Virus record (IMG/VR): IMGVR_UViG_3300020450_000008
DNA length: 64,000 bases
Strand: one strand, 5' to 3'
DNA from: a virus
Taxonomy: Duplodnaviria; Caudoviricetes
The notes beneath the pieces were generated by a model that did not search any database, was not told the DNA's origin, and saw nothing but the letters and a program-made list of their open reading frames with translations. The translations under genes were made by a program, and so were the position numbers. Position 1 is the first letter of the stretch. Each line of letters opens with the position of its first letter. Of the stretch, positions 55,801-64,000 are shown piece by piece.

Positions 55801-57475
55801 ACGCACTTATAATCAATATACTAATGTTATATTGAATGCCTCTCACGTTGGAACTGGATATCAAAATGGAGACGTATTAACCATAGTAGGAACTGATCTT
55901 GGTGGTCAATCGCCGGCTAATGATATTACAATCACTATTACTGCAGTTAACTCAGGAGCAATAGTATCATTTACTTTTACAGGTGAAGCCACATCTGGTG
56001 CATTGTACAATTTAGGAAGTCCAGATCAAAAATGGAAAGATTTGTTTTTGTCAGGAAGTACTATTCGCTTAGGTAACATTGATCTAAAGGATAGTGGAGG
56101 AACATTCTTTGTAAAGCAAGCAGCTACTGGTCAAAACGTTACAATTAATAATTTTAATGCTCTTGACTCAGCAAAAGTTGAACAACTTATAGATTCAGAC
56201 TATGTTGAATTACACCTTGATCCTGATGTAATAACTACATTGATAGATTCAAATTACATATCTGCTAGAGCACCTGTCGGTGGTGGTGGAATTAATTTAG
56301 CTCAGGCGAGAGCTGGATTATCGACAACAACGGCATCAGCATCTGGCGGTGGAGCACTTGCATATAATAATACAAATGGTGTGTTTACTTTTACACCAGC
56401 AGATGCTCAAGCGCCTCTAGTATCTGGAACAAATATTAAAACAATAAACAATCAGTCGCTTCTTGGATCAGGCAATATTACTATCTCAGGTGGAGGCGGC
56501 GGAGAAAGTGGCGGTGGAAGTTCTATCACTGCTGTTAATACAGGTATTGGATTATCAGGTGGTGGAAATAGTGGTTCATTAACTCTTAGAATAGCCAACA
56601 CGACAGTTTCTGCTGGTTCTTATACAAATGCTGATATTACAGTCGATGCTCAAGGTCGAATCACAGCAGCGGCAAATGGAGCAGGTGGTGGTGATATTAC
56701 AAGAGTTAATATTACAGCTGGAACAGGATTGACTGGAACTCTAGATACAGTATCAGGTGCGCATACTCAAACACTTGCGGTAGATGTTGGTCAATTGGCT
56801 GGAACTACAGCAAATAAATTGGTTCAACTTGATGGAAACGCAAAATTACCAGCAGTTGATGGATCAGCTTTAACAAATCTTTCAAGCGCGCCTAACTCAT
56901 TCGCAATAGTTGCAGTATCAGCAAATGGTGGAACCATAAGTGGTGCAGGTAATAATTTAGTAGCTGATCAATTACAAGATACACTCACAGTTAGAGCAGG
57001 ATCAGGAATTACCATAAGTACATTTGACGGTGGAGATGCTCTTACAATATCAGCTGATGGAGCTGATAGTGGTGGAATATCTAATATCGTTGAAGATACA
57101 AGTCCACAACTTGGTGGTGATCTAACAATGGCATCATACACAACTAAGTACACGCTTAATGTTGCAGTAAGTGGATCAAGTCATTATGTATTTACCGATC
57201 CAGGATCAAATTTCTTTCCAAGTGCAGAAAACGATCCAACATTATATTTAAGAAGAGGCGATACATATCAATTCTCTATGAATGCAAGTGGGCATCCTTT
57301 TTGGATCAAAACATCTCCTGGAACAGGAACAAGTAATGCCTATAATGTAGGAGTTACGTCAAATGGAGCGCAACTAGGAGTCATATTATTTACGGTTCCA
57401 ATGTCAGCTCCAAGCACTTTATATTATAATTGTCAATATCATTCAGCCATGGCTGGAACAATAAACATAGTATAG
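52862..57475 (+). CDS. Large tail/virion fibre protein (1537 aa)
   Basis: Gly/Thr/Ser-rich; repeats T.DL.EG.NLY.T and PQLGG.L; C-terminal beta-sandwich domains. Confidence 0.75.
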   Translation: MSKAKALANLVLAGDSTDIILGDSNSIHLKIPGLGLDTRDAQDGNAISWDSANQKLEFSAAGGGATRFRNLIDTPINYVNAARMYVKVNDSADGLIFDSLSTSDVPEGINLYYTDARVDTRFDTRLATKTTGNLTEGSNLYFTNSRALAATDGQIVKFANLYDSLGALPSATTYHGMFAHVHNEGKAYYAHAGNWVKLADFSDVPTTTNDLTEGSTNLYYTLSRDDSAFDVRFLTKNTDSLAEGSNLYYTQSRVDSAIDLRVDSAYIKLVVDSDYILEAADSTHIKSFITQSYIQERQVSVRDSAFVTSTASGDYVRSFIDSNYVIARAPGGGSGINIQQARNAITLVESDATLGGSLTYNPANGLLTFKPSEFSNIVSDASPQLGGNLDVNGNAIVSVSNADINISPSGTGKVNLDGNGSTSGVSILDGQIDIRSSVGRPKIHLHDSANNFKTILKAAHAENLTADVLFQFPSGPGEAQQVLKSDGTGRTFWQANLAAILLDSSPQLGGDLDLNNFSIIGNNLQSQTISNIQEIGAKYFRQTDVSAGDSAGIVMINNQPGSQPGPRLHMIRNSGSPSNADYIGQIQFKGTNNAARVINYSQIRSKIIRINDSDEGSSIEFLNKNRGIDHVAMTLQESDLTVIGDVNIGRRIRMNSTEADVFIYQGTANSHETKLRFTDPTGERIITVPDASMEVGNVYIHEAVISDNADYNIAFKKTGGAGNNYDNLSVDNNDFMYNPASKLVTLAGNIVLNPSNANASITFEGATADAYETTFTVEDPTADRSLYLPDKSGTMAVVSDIPYWKLNTIESDQQPRLGGNLDMAAKSLRQTFYITASGNNHYVFNDSAVPDTNGPFFQTMNVQDPALQLERGVEYYFNNVSGGHALQIQSDSGQGGTAYNQGVTNNGGTGLVKFLVPMDAPDRLYYQCTNHANMQGQINVGPPIYNNFQGDFLPKVDVYKTHNVVDATGGNGSGAKFNIARTYNQYTNVILNASHVGTGYQNGDVLTIVGTDLGGQSPANDITITITAVNSGAIVSFTFTGEATSGALYNLGSPDQKWKDLFLSGSTIRLGNIDLKDSGGTFFVKQAATGQNVTINNFNALDSAKVEQLIDSDYVELHLDPDVITTLIDSNYISARAPVGGGGINLAQARAGLSTTTASASGGGALAYNNTNGVFTFTPADAQAPLVSGTNIKTINNQSLLGSGNITISGGGGGESGGGSSITAVNTGIGLSGGGNSGSLTLRIANTTVSAGSYTNADITVDAQGRITAAANGAGGGDITRVNITAGTGLTGTLDTVSGAHTQTLAVDVGQLAGTTANKLVQLDGNAKLPAVDGSALTNLSSAPNSFAIVAVSANGGTISGAGNNLVADQLQDTLTVRAGSGITISTFDGGDALTISADGADSGGISNIVEDTSPQLGGDLTMASYTTKYTLNVAVSGSSHYVFTDPGSNFFPSAENDPTLYLRRGDTYQFSMNASGHPFWIKTSPGTGTSNAYNVGVTSNGAQLGVILFTVPMSAPSTLYYNCQYHSAMAGTINIV
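53161..53612 (+). repeat. Four degenerate T-x-[DN]-[LV]-x-EG-x-NLY[YF]T protein repeats in the fibre
   Basis: STSDVPEGINLYYT, TTGNLTEGSNLYFT, TTNDLTEGSTNLYYT, NTDSLAEGSNLYYT. Confidence 0.8.
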
Positions 57476-57484
57476 GATAATAAA

Positions 57485-59197
57485 ATGGATAAGAAAAAGA
57501 AAATCGTAGACGAAGCAACATATCAAGTTGATATAGAAGGATTGCCTAAAATGTTTATGGATACTGACAATCCTGGATCACTTAAAAGAGAATTAAGAAA
57601 AATAGTAAGAAAAGTTGATATGGTAAAAAATGTTGAAAGAGTACAAAAATCAGACGTTAGAAAACATTTACAATTAAAACTGAAAGGTCAGGACGACGAA
57701 GATATGGAAGAAAGTAAAAAGAGACCAGGATTATGGGCTAACATGCATGCAAAGAAAAAACGTGGAGAAACTCCAGCTAAAAAAGGTGATAAAGACTATC
57801 CAAGTGATGATGCTATAAGAAGAGCTCGTGGAGAGAGTATAGAAGAACTTGCAATGGGTCAAGGAGTCGAAATTAAAAAGACAGCGGTTGGAGACAGACC
57901 AAAAGGTTATGGTTGGAGTCTCAAAAAATCAGGTCAACAGACTGGAAAAGATCATGATGTTTGGCACCGTCAAACAAAAGGAGTAGCACAACCAAGAATA
58001 ACAACGAGGTCACCAATGTTTAATAGTAAGAACGAGTCATTCTTTTTTGTAAAGGAAGATCAAATTAAAAGAGATGGTGCAAAGGTTAAGAAAGCTTATG
58101 CTGCAATAGCGACAGAAGATATGAATACAATAACCAAGCATCTTAAAAAACAAGGTATAGATCACGATCATGACAAAGGTGAACTATATGTAAGAAGACA
58201 AGATCATAGAGATGTTATGAATCATCTTAATGACTTGATGAAAAAGAAAATGATAAAGAATAAACCTCCTGTAACTGCAGAAAAGTTAGATAAAGATGAT
58301 GAACCATTTGTAAAGAAGCTAATAAAGAATCTTAGAAAGGGTGCAAAAACTCATGCTGGTCAGGCTGATGATTTAGAAAAATCAATGGAAGAGGCCGTAG
58401 GTGCTGGTAAGTATTCAGCGATGAATTTAAAGAAAGCAAAAGAACTCATGAGTCCTGCAAAACACAGAGCAGATGGTATTAAACGTATAATGAAAGGTAT
58501 GAAAGTAACATACAAGCAAGCTACTAGATTTCACGATGATGTTATGAAGTCTCACGGATTTCAAAAAGAAGATAAAGGTCGTGGTCCTACAGGAATAGCT
58601 TATTCACTTCCAAAAGGTCATCCAGATGCAGAAAATCCTGCAACAGGAAAGAAATACCCTGAAAGACAGACTGATAAGTATAAATCAGACTATGCAAAGA
58701 ATAGTCCTCTAAAGTTAAGTGGAAAGTTTAGTAAAAATGAAGCTATGGATCCGGTAACATTAGGAAAAATGCAGGCCGATGCTGCTGCCACTCAAAGAGC
58801 AAATCAAAAGAAAAGAGATGAAAAAGAAAAAAAAGATATGGGAGCAAAATTATCGCCTAAAGCACAAAGGGCAAAAGATGCTCAGGCAAGAATAGATAAG
58901 AAGTTTGCACCAGGCGGAAGTTACTCCAAAGGCGCTGATCAAATCAGAAAAGTTATTGCTAAACATGAGTCAGTAGATGAAATAGTAACTCGTAGAGGAA
59001 AGCCTATATTTCAGCCGAAACCAGATGATTCTCCTGAGAGAACTGCTATGATCAAGTCAACACAAGCTAGTTTACAAAAAAGAAAAGACAGATTGGCAAA
59101 AGCAAAAAAAGACAGAGCAGCCGCTTACAAGGCAGGTAAACCATTTGATATAGTAAGAGCATTAGGTTATGGAAAATCAGTGGAAGGAAAGAAATAA
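57485..59197 (+). CDS. Modular basic putative internal head protein
   Basis: Lys-rich modules separated by xxE-[AS] junctions. Confidence 0.55.
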   Translation: MDKKKKIVDEATYQVDIEGLPKMFMDTDNPGSLKRELRKIVRKVDMVKNVERVQKSDVRKHLQLKLKGQDDEDMEESKKRPGLWANMHAKKKRGETPAKKGDKDYPSDDAIRRARGESIEELAMGQGVEIKKTAVGDRPKGYGWSLKKSGQQTGKDHDVWHRQTKGVAQPRITTRSPMFNSKNESFFFVKEDQIKRDGAKVKKAYAAIATEDMNTITKHLKKQGIDHDHDKGELYVRRQDHRDVMNHLNDLMKKKMIKNKPPVTAEKLDKDDEPFVKKLIKNLRKGAKTHAGQADDLEKSMEEAVGAGKYSAMNLKKAKELMSPAKHRADGIKRIMKGMKVTYKQATRFHDDVMKSHGFQKEDKGRGPTGIAYSLPKGHPDAENPATGKKYPERQTDKYKSDYAKNSPLKLSGKFSKNEAMDPVTLGKMQADAAATQRANQKKRDEKEKKDMGAKLSPKAQRAKDAQARIDKKFAPGGSYSKGADQIRKVIAKHESVDEIVTRRGKPIFQPKPDDSPERTAMIKSTQASLQKRKDRLAKAKKDRAAAYKAGKPFDIVRALGYGKSVEGKK

Positions 59198-59198
59198 A

Positions 59199-59441
59199 AT
59201 GAAAACATTTAAATCTTTCTTAGAAGGTACTGGCAAGAAAAAGGGTGAAACATGGGAAGCTGGTTATAAGCGTCGGGTTGTAAAAACTACAAAACCTGAG
59301 CATAAAGAAAAAGGTTATAACTGGAGAATTAAAGGTAAAGAAAGGCCTGAGATCTCGATTAGATTATACAAAGAAAAGCCATCACAAGCTCAGTTCAACA
59401 AACAAATGAAAAGAGTTGCTGGACATGAATTTGGTGGATAA
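59199..59441 (+). CDS. Small putative internal head protein
   Basis: Starts MKTFKSFLE at 59199. Confidence 0.6.
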   Translation: MKTFKSFLEGTGKKKGETWEAGYKRRVVKTTKPEHKEKGYNWRIKGKERPEISIRLYKEKPSQAQFNKQMKRVAGHEFGG

Positions 59442-59446
59442 AATAT

Positions 59447-59454
59447 TATAAATA
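59447..59454 (+). promoter_or_regulatory. Late promoter TATAAATA
   Basis: Exact consensus in intergenic gap. Confidence 0.7.
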
Positions 59455-59476
59455 GTAACTAGTAAAAGGTATTGAC

Positions 59477-59752
59477 ATGGAAGTTTTAGGACAACGATTA
59501 GATCGTATAGAAGATAAATTAGATAGGTTGGCAGACGCTATGGTCGCAATGGCACGTGCAGAAGAAAAGCTAGAAGCTTTACAAAATGAGCATAACAAAA
59601 TGTATGAGCGTGTCAATCGTTTGTCTATAAAACTTGATGATATCGAAAGTGGAGTTCAAGAGAATTCTAATACCGTAAAGGTAATCAACAAACTATTCTG
59701 GGTCGCTATCATTGCGGCTTCTGGCGCTATAGCCGCAAATATATGGATGTAA
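59477..59752 (+). CDS. Coiled-coil protein with C-terminal TM
   Basis: RLDRIEDKLDRL coiled coil; LFWVAIIAASGAIA. Confidence 0.65.
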   Translation: MEVLGQRLDRIEDKLDRLADAMVAMARAEEKLEALQNEHNKMYERVNRLSIKLDDIESGVQENSNTVKVINKLFWVAIIAASGAIAANIWM

Positions 59753-59764
59753 AAGGAGAAAAAA

Positions 59765-61222
59765 ATGGATCATTCTGATATAGATCACGATAATTTTAAA
59801 AGCGCCTATTTGAAGGTTCTTGGAATTAACAATGATCAAGAAGAGAGTATTGATGAAGCAAGACTCGTAACAAAAGACGGTAAATTTATTGTCATGACTG
59901 ATAATGACACCGAAGCAGCAACTTTTGAAGACAGAGAGTCAGCTTTAGAATACATTAAAAACAACAAAGAGAAACTTTCTGTAAGAGATGAGAAAACTAA
60001 AGTTACTACTGACAAGGTAGAAGCTAAAGAAGAAAAAGAAGTATTCATCGTCCCAGAAGAAATTGTTGATACAAAAGAAAGAAATGCTTTCATGGGTGCT
60101 GCTGCCGCCGCTCATAAAGCAGGTAAGTCTCATTTTAACTTTGCTGGTAAAAAACATAAAGTTACAATGAGTAAGGATACGGCAAGAGCTGTTAATAGTA
60201 GCGTTAAAGAAGATGCTGAAGCAGACTTTAAACCACATATGATGTATGATCCAAAGACAGGTAAAGGTTATATGGCTAAAAAATATGCTGATCATGTCAA
60301 AATGGACAAGATGGGTTATGTACATGAAAAGCCAAAGATTGATGAAAACAATCCTGCTCATTTTGCTGCTATAGCAAAAAACAATGCTAAAAGAGATAAA
60401 GAAATGGGTCGATCACCTACACCTAATATGTATGATCCTAAGTTTAAGATGACAAAAAAGAATAAAGGAACCAAAGATCCTATGAATCCTACAGGGGCTA
60501 TGACTGGTTATCGATCAAAAATCGAAACTGCAAATCCAATGTCTAAGTTAACACCAACTCAAAGACAAGCTCTTTCAAGAATGAAAGTTAAGAAAAAGGG
60601 TGACGTAACTTTACCAGGTATGGATCTTTTAAAGAAAGCAGAAAAACCAAAAATGAAACCGGGTAGACAAAGTCAAATCGTCAAGTATGAAGGTTATGAA
60701 GCCGATGTATCAAAATTCATGAATAAGCATGGAATTGATCATCATTGGTCTGGTGGTAAATTACATGTGGATAAAAAAGATCATGCACATGCAGAAAAGA
60801 AATTAAAGAAAAAGTATGACGGTTATGGACCACGTGGTGCTAAGATGATGCCACAACTACACGTCAATAAGGAGTCGACTAATATGGTTACAAGATCAAA
60901 TTGGGTAGAAAAATTTTATGAGAAAAGAGATCAAGTAAATGAGGCATATAAAGAATCTCCTCATGCAGGTGGTGATGATACACGTGATACTTATGCGAAG
61001 CAACTATCAACTCGTAAAGGGGAAGAGGCATTTGTAAAGATGCATGAGCCTCATACTCCTGAGTATGCTGATGGTCCAGCTGTTGTCATGAAGACATTTA
61101 AAGACATGACCTCCAATATAAAAGGTCCTAAGTATAGATCAAATGATAACACTCAAGGCGACAAATCTCCAGTTCCTCCAGTCAATGTAGGAAAGGCTGG
61201 TGCAGTTGGAGCAAAGGATTAG
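59765..61222 (+). CDS. Modular putative internal head protein
   Basis: Modules such as FMGAAAAAHKAGK..F.F.GK and FKPHMMYDPKTGK separated by E-rich junctions. Confidence 0.55.
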   Translation: MDHSDIDHDNFKSAYLKVLGINNDQEESIDEARLVTKDGKFIVMTDNDTEAATFEDRESALEYIKNNKEKLSVRDEKTKVTTDKVEAKEEKEVFIVPEEIVDTKERNAFMGAAAAAHKAGKSHFNFAGKKHKVTMSKDTARAVNSSVKEDAEADFKPHMMYDPKTGKGYMAKKYADHVKMDKMGYVHEKPKIDENNPAHFAAIAKNNAKRDKEMGRSPTPNMYDPKFKMTKKNKGTKDPMNPTGAMTGYRSKIETANPMSKLTPTQRQALSRMKVKKKGDVTLPGMDLLKKAEKPKMKPGRQSQIVKYEGYEADVSKFMNKHGIDHHWSGGKLHVDKKDHAHAEKKLKKKYDGYGPRGAKMMPQLHVNKESTNMVTRSNWVEKFYEKRDQVNEAYKESPHAGGDDTRDTYAKQLSTRKGEEAFVKMHEPHTPEYADGPAVVMKTFKDMTSNIKGPKYRSNDNTQGDKSPVPPVNVGKAGAVGAKD

Positions 61223-61226
61223 TACC

Positions 61227-61667
61227 ATGAAAAAATTTAAAGCCTTTTTAGAGGAAGAACTTAATTCATATATGGCAACTACTAAAACCATGCAAGGTGT
61301 TGTTCATGCTAGAGATGAAGATCATGCAAGAGAGATCATGAAAAAGAAACACGGTGCTAAAGGAGATATAACTTTAAGGTTGAAAGGACCTGTAAGTAAA
61401 ACTCAAAGAACAGCCCATGGTGCAAAACCAAGACGTGAAGGTACTGATGTCAAAGAAATATCAAAGAAGACAGTAGGAAGTTATATCAAGAAAAGAACTT
61501 ATGATATTGGCTCTGCTGGAGGTAGAATGGGAGCAGATTTCGGAATAGGTCCTGAGGAAAAGAAAAAAAATAGAGCTAAAGCTGTTAGTCAATATGTAAA
61601 ATATCAAAAAGGTACTAATAGAGCTGTGGATAAATTAACAGGAAAGGCTAGAGTTCCTGCAACTTAA
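61227..61667 (+). CDS. Putative internal head protein
   Basis: Starts MKKFKAFLEEE at 61227; EISKKT..SY.KK module. Confidence 0.55.
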   Translation: MKKFKAFLEEELNSYMATTKTMQGVVHARDEDHAREIMKKKHGAKGDITLRLKGPVSKTQRTAHGAKPRREGTDVKEISKKTVGSYIKKRTYDIGSAGGRMGADFGIGPEEKKKNRAKAVSQYVKYQKGTNRAVDKLTGKARVPAT

Positions 61668-61683
61668 TTAGTAACATTTTATT

Positions 61684-62052
61684 ATGCAATTATTTGAAAA
61701 ATTAAATGATGACAATCTGATATTATATGCAGCAAAGCAGTATTATAATCCAACTTGCATTGATGCAGAAGAATTTTATGAAGACCTGAATAGATTCAAG
61801 TATATTAAAAGATTAGTAAACAAATATATTGAATCTGGTAAAATATCAGAAAGATTGATATTAAACCATTTGATAATAGTATTTAATGCATTTGACATCA
61901 AACCGACTTTAAAGATTATGGAATTTAAATTTGATGAGAGACAGTGGGAGGTTTTAAAACCTTTCTTAGTATTTTTGAAGCATATTAATAACAGTGAATA
62001 TACTGAAATAAAAATGGATCAACATGTAGTAGAACAACTGAGGAAGATTTAA
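61684..62052 (+). CDS. Conserved T4-like hypothetical protein
   Basis: LYAAK.YYNP.C...EEF.EDL.RFKY.KRL...ERLILNH.I...N.F. Confidence 0.7.
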   Translation: MQLFEKLNDDNLILYAAKQYYNPTCIDAEEFYEDLNRFKYIKRLVNKYIESGKISERLILNHLIIVFNAFDIKPTLKIMEFKFDERQWEVLKPFLVFLKHINNSEYTEIKMDQHVVEQLRKI

Positions 62053-62053
62053 A

Positions 62054-62635
62054 ATGGGAATGATTAAAAGAGCCGCTGACTTAGTCTATACTTTTAGATT
62101 CTTAACTTTATTAGTTACTCCTTTTGAAAAAACAGAAGCTTTTAAATTAGGTTTACTTGACGCAAAAGGAAAGAAACTTAAAAAACCTCAAACATCTGAA
62201 GAAAAAAATGCCTATACGCCTTTTCATAGGTTAGTGTTTAATGTTAAGAGACTTATGGAAAAAGTTCCAGGTGGTTCATCATCAATTGCATCATATGCAG
62301 CTGCTTTATATCTTATAAAAGAACATAATAATCTCAAAGAAAAAGATATTGAACAGATCGTAGAAAAATCTGGCTTTGATACTTTTGAGTTCCTTACAGA
62401 AAAAAATGATTGGTTTGTTTTAGAAGATGGTATGATATCGCCAGGTACGTATAAAGTAAAATACGATAAAATAGTAAATAGTACTTATGAAGAATTAGTT
62501 AAAAAAGGCGATAAGATAAGAGTTTTAGATGATGCGTATCCAGTTGGTGAACTATTTGGATTAAAAATATATGAAGCTATCCATCATAATACAAATCAAA
62601 AGATCTACTTAACACCAGAGGAGTTGTTAGCATAA
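62054..62635 (+). CDS. Conserved T4-like hypothetical protein
   Basis: AADL.YT.RFL.LL.TPF, AYT.FHRLVFN.KRL, SYAAALYLIKE. Confidence 0.7.
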   Translation: MGMIKRAADLVYTFRFLTLLVTPFEKTEAFKLGLLDAKGKKLKKPQTSEEKNAYTPFHRLVFNVKRLMEKVPGGSSSIASYAAALYLIKEHNNLKEKDIEQIVEKSGFDTFEFLTEKNDWFVLEDGMISPGTYKVKYDKIVNSTYEELVKKGDKIRVLDDAYPVGELFGLKIYEAIHHNTNQKIYLTPEELLA

Positions 62636-63240
62636 TGGCAGATCCAAAAGTAGGAACCGGAAAGAAACCAAAAGGATCGGATAGAAGACTATACACCGAT
62701 GAAAATCCTGATGATACAGTAAAAATTAAATTTGCCACTAATGCTGATGCAAAAGCTACAGTGGCTAAAGTAAAAAAAGTCAAAAAGCCTTTTGCTCGAA
62801 AGATTCAAATACTAAACGTAGGTCAACAAAGAGCAAAGGTTATGGGTAAGAAATCAGTAGTAAATACTTTTGCCAAAGGTAAAAATCAGATACGAGCAAA
62901 AGAAATGGCTAAGAGAGAAAAGAAAAAGGAAACAAATGAAATGTCAAATAGAACCAGAGATGGACATAATCAAAGGGCCTATGATAGACAAATAGGCCAA
63001 CTTAAAAAGTTTCTTGATAGAAAGAAAAGATTATTTCCCGTAAAACAAGCTAAACCAAACGATGCGCCTACACAAAAAGAAGAAGTACCAGCAAACGCAA
63101 TTGCACGTGGAGGAGTTGATATGGCTCCAAACATGGGGCCAAGATTTAAAGCTCACGATGTTACTGATAAAAGACTTAAGAAAGATAAAATTCCAAGAAT
63201 ACTTAGAAGATTTAAGTCATATATAACGGAACCTCAGTGA
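62635..63240 (+). CDS. Basic modular hypothetical protein
   Basis: GTGKKPKGS.RRLYTDENP.DTV..KF module; C-terminal EE.PANA. Confidence 0.6.
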   Translation: MADPKVGTGKKPKGSDRRLYTDENPDDTVKIKFATNADAKATVAKVKKVKKPFARKIQILNVGQQRAKVMGKKSVVNTFAKGKNQIRAKEMAKREKKKETNEMSNRTRDGHNQRAYDRQIGQLKKFLDRKKRLFPVKQAKPNDAPTQKEEVPANAIARGGVDMAPNMGPRFKAHDVTDKRLKKDKIPRILRRFKSYITEPQ

Positions 63241-63241
63241 C

Positions 63242-63673
63242 ATGGCAAGACTTTACGGTATATTATTAATCCTTGGGATACTAGGTGTAGTTGGATATGC
63301 ATGTTATTCATACTATACATCAACACAAGAACGAATCGCTATTCTCACATCCAATAACGCTAAATTAGAAACGGCATTATCATCTACTAAGGCTGCTTTT
63401 GAAACATATCAAAATAATGTAAAAGAAGAGATTGAAAGATTCAAAGCAGAAATAAAGAGACAACAAGAATTAAATGATGAGTTAAATAATAACTTAGAAA
63501 AAGTAAAAGCTAACAATAAGGTAATAACGGATTTGTTAGCAGAAAACGATATAATTAAAAATAGTCTTGCAGACCCGCAAGCAACAGAGGATAAAATAAA
63601 TGAAGAAGTGGACTTATTTTTTGGCGCTATTAATTGTGCCTCTAATAGTAAATGCGTGCAGCAAAGCGAGTGA
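63242..63673 (+). CDS. Inner-membrane spanin-like protein
   Basis: N-terminal TM, long coiled coil, C-terminal Cys pair. Confidence 0.5.
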   Translation: MARLYGILLILGILGVVGYACYSYYTSTQERIAILTSNNAKLETALSSTKAAFETYQNNVKEEIERFKAEIKRQQELNDELNNNLEKVKANNKVITDLLAENDIIKNSLADPQATEDKINEEVDLFFGAINCASNSKCVQQSE

Positions 63674-63986
63674 AAAAGAAATTGTAACTGTTCCTCAGGT
63701 AGTGGAGACTCCTAAGATTGATGCTCCACAAATCAGAATAGTACAAAGGCCTGTACCGATTGAGATGAAAAATGCAGATATTATTGTTGTTACTGAAGAC
63801 AATATAGATGAAGTAATCGATAGAGTTGTTAATACACAAGGTGAGTTTGTTTTATATGCAATGACAGCTCAGAGCTTTGAATCATTAGCTTTAAACTTTG
63901 AACAGATTAAAAGATTCATAGAAGCTCAGAATCAAGTTATATTATATTATGAAAAGTCTGTTATTATTGAAGAGGATTTAGAATGA
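63600..63986 (+). CDS. Outer-membrane spanin-like lipoprotein
   Basis: MKK + hydrophobic leader + lipobox-like IVNAC; overlaps the previous gene. Confidence 0.5.
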   Translation: MKKWTYFLALLIVPLIVNACSKASEKEIVTVPQVVETPKIDAPQIRIVQRPVPIEMKNADIIVVTEDNIDEVIDRVVNTQGEFVLYAMTAQSFESLALNFEQIKRFIEAQNQVILYYEKSVIIEEDLE

Positions 63987-64000
63987 GAGATATTATAAGA

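Noticed and set aside
834-63839. Many short minus-strand or out-of-frame ORFs in the supplied track (e.g. 834-1049, 6918-7127, 24158-24400, 53938-54667, 59945-60361)
   Set aside because: They lie entirely within well-supported genes, lack SD sites and motifs, and read as shadow frames.
1-64000. Stop-codon reassignment
   Set aside because: Core genes are full length under the standard bacterial code and end in TAA, TAG and TGA alike.

Overview
AT-rich segment of a large T4-like (myovirus-type) phage genome, probably marine and probably infecting an alphaproteobacterium. The host inference rests on an alpha-type two-piece tmRNA with tag ANDDFAPVDYALAA, a pseudoazurin and a ROSE-like element. 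Almost all genes are on the + strand. (1) 1-29.9 kb is a replication and nucleotide-metabolism arm (gp62, regA, hsp20, gp43, uvsX, gp41, thyX, dCMP deaminase, guaC). It contains a large DNA-modification and sugar cluster: gp42-like dCMP hydroxymethylase, polyol-phosphate cytidylyltransferase, myo-inositol-1-phosphate synthase, HAD phosphatase, aGPT-Pplase/ADDT-like protein, an unknown GDSH protein, an atypical C5-methyltransferase and an epimerase. (2) 29.9-30.6 kb is an ncRNA island with a circularly permuted tmRNA, an unusually long structured intervening segment and further structured RNA. (3) 33.6-42.4 kb is a biosynthetic-cluster-like operon. (4) 42.7-47.2 kb holds small early genes. (5) 47.3-64 kb is a late region with proteins carrying T4-like capsid-targeting N-termini, a 1537-aa fibre and a spanin-like pair. 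The best candidate for an undescribed system is a replisome-tethered, possibly inositol-based cytosine hypermodification pathway: three adjacent modification genes end in the same kind of C-terminal clamp-binding motif as the DNA polymerase. All family assignments come from motif recognition by eye; no searches were run.
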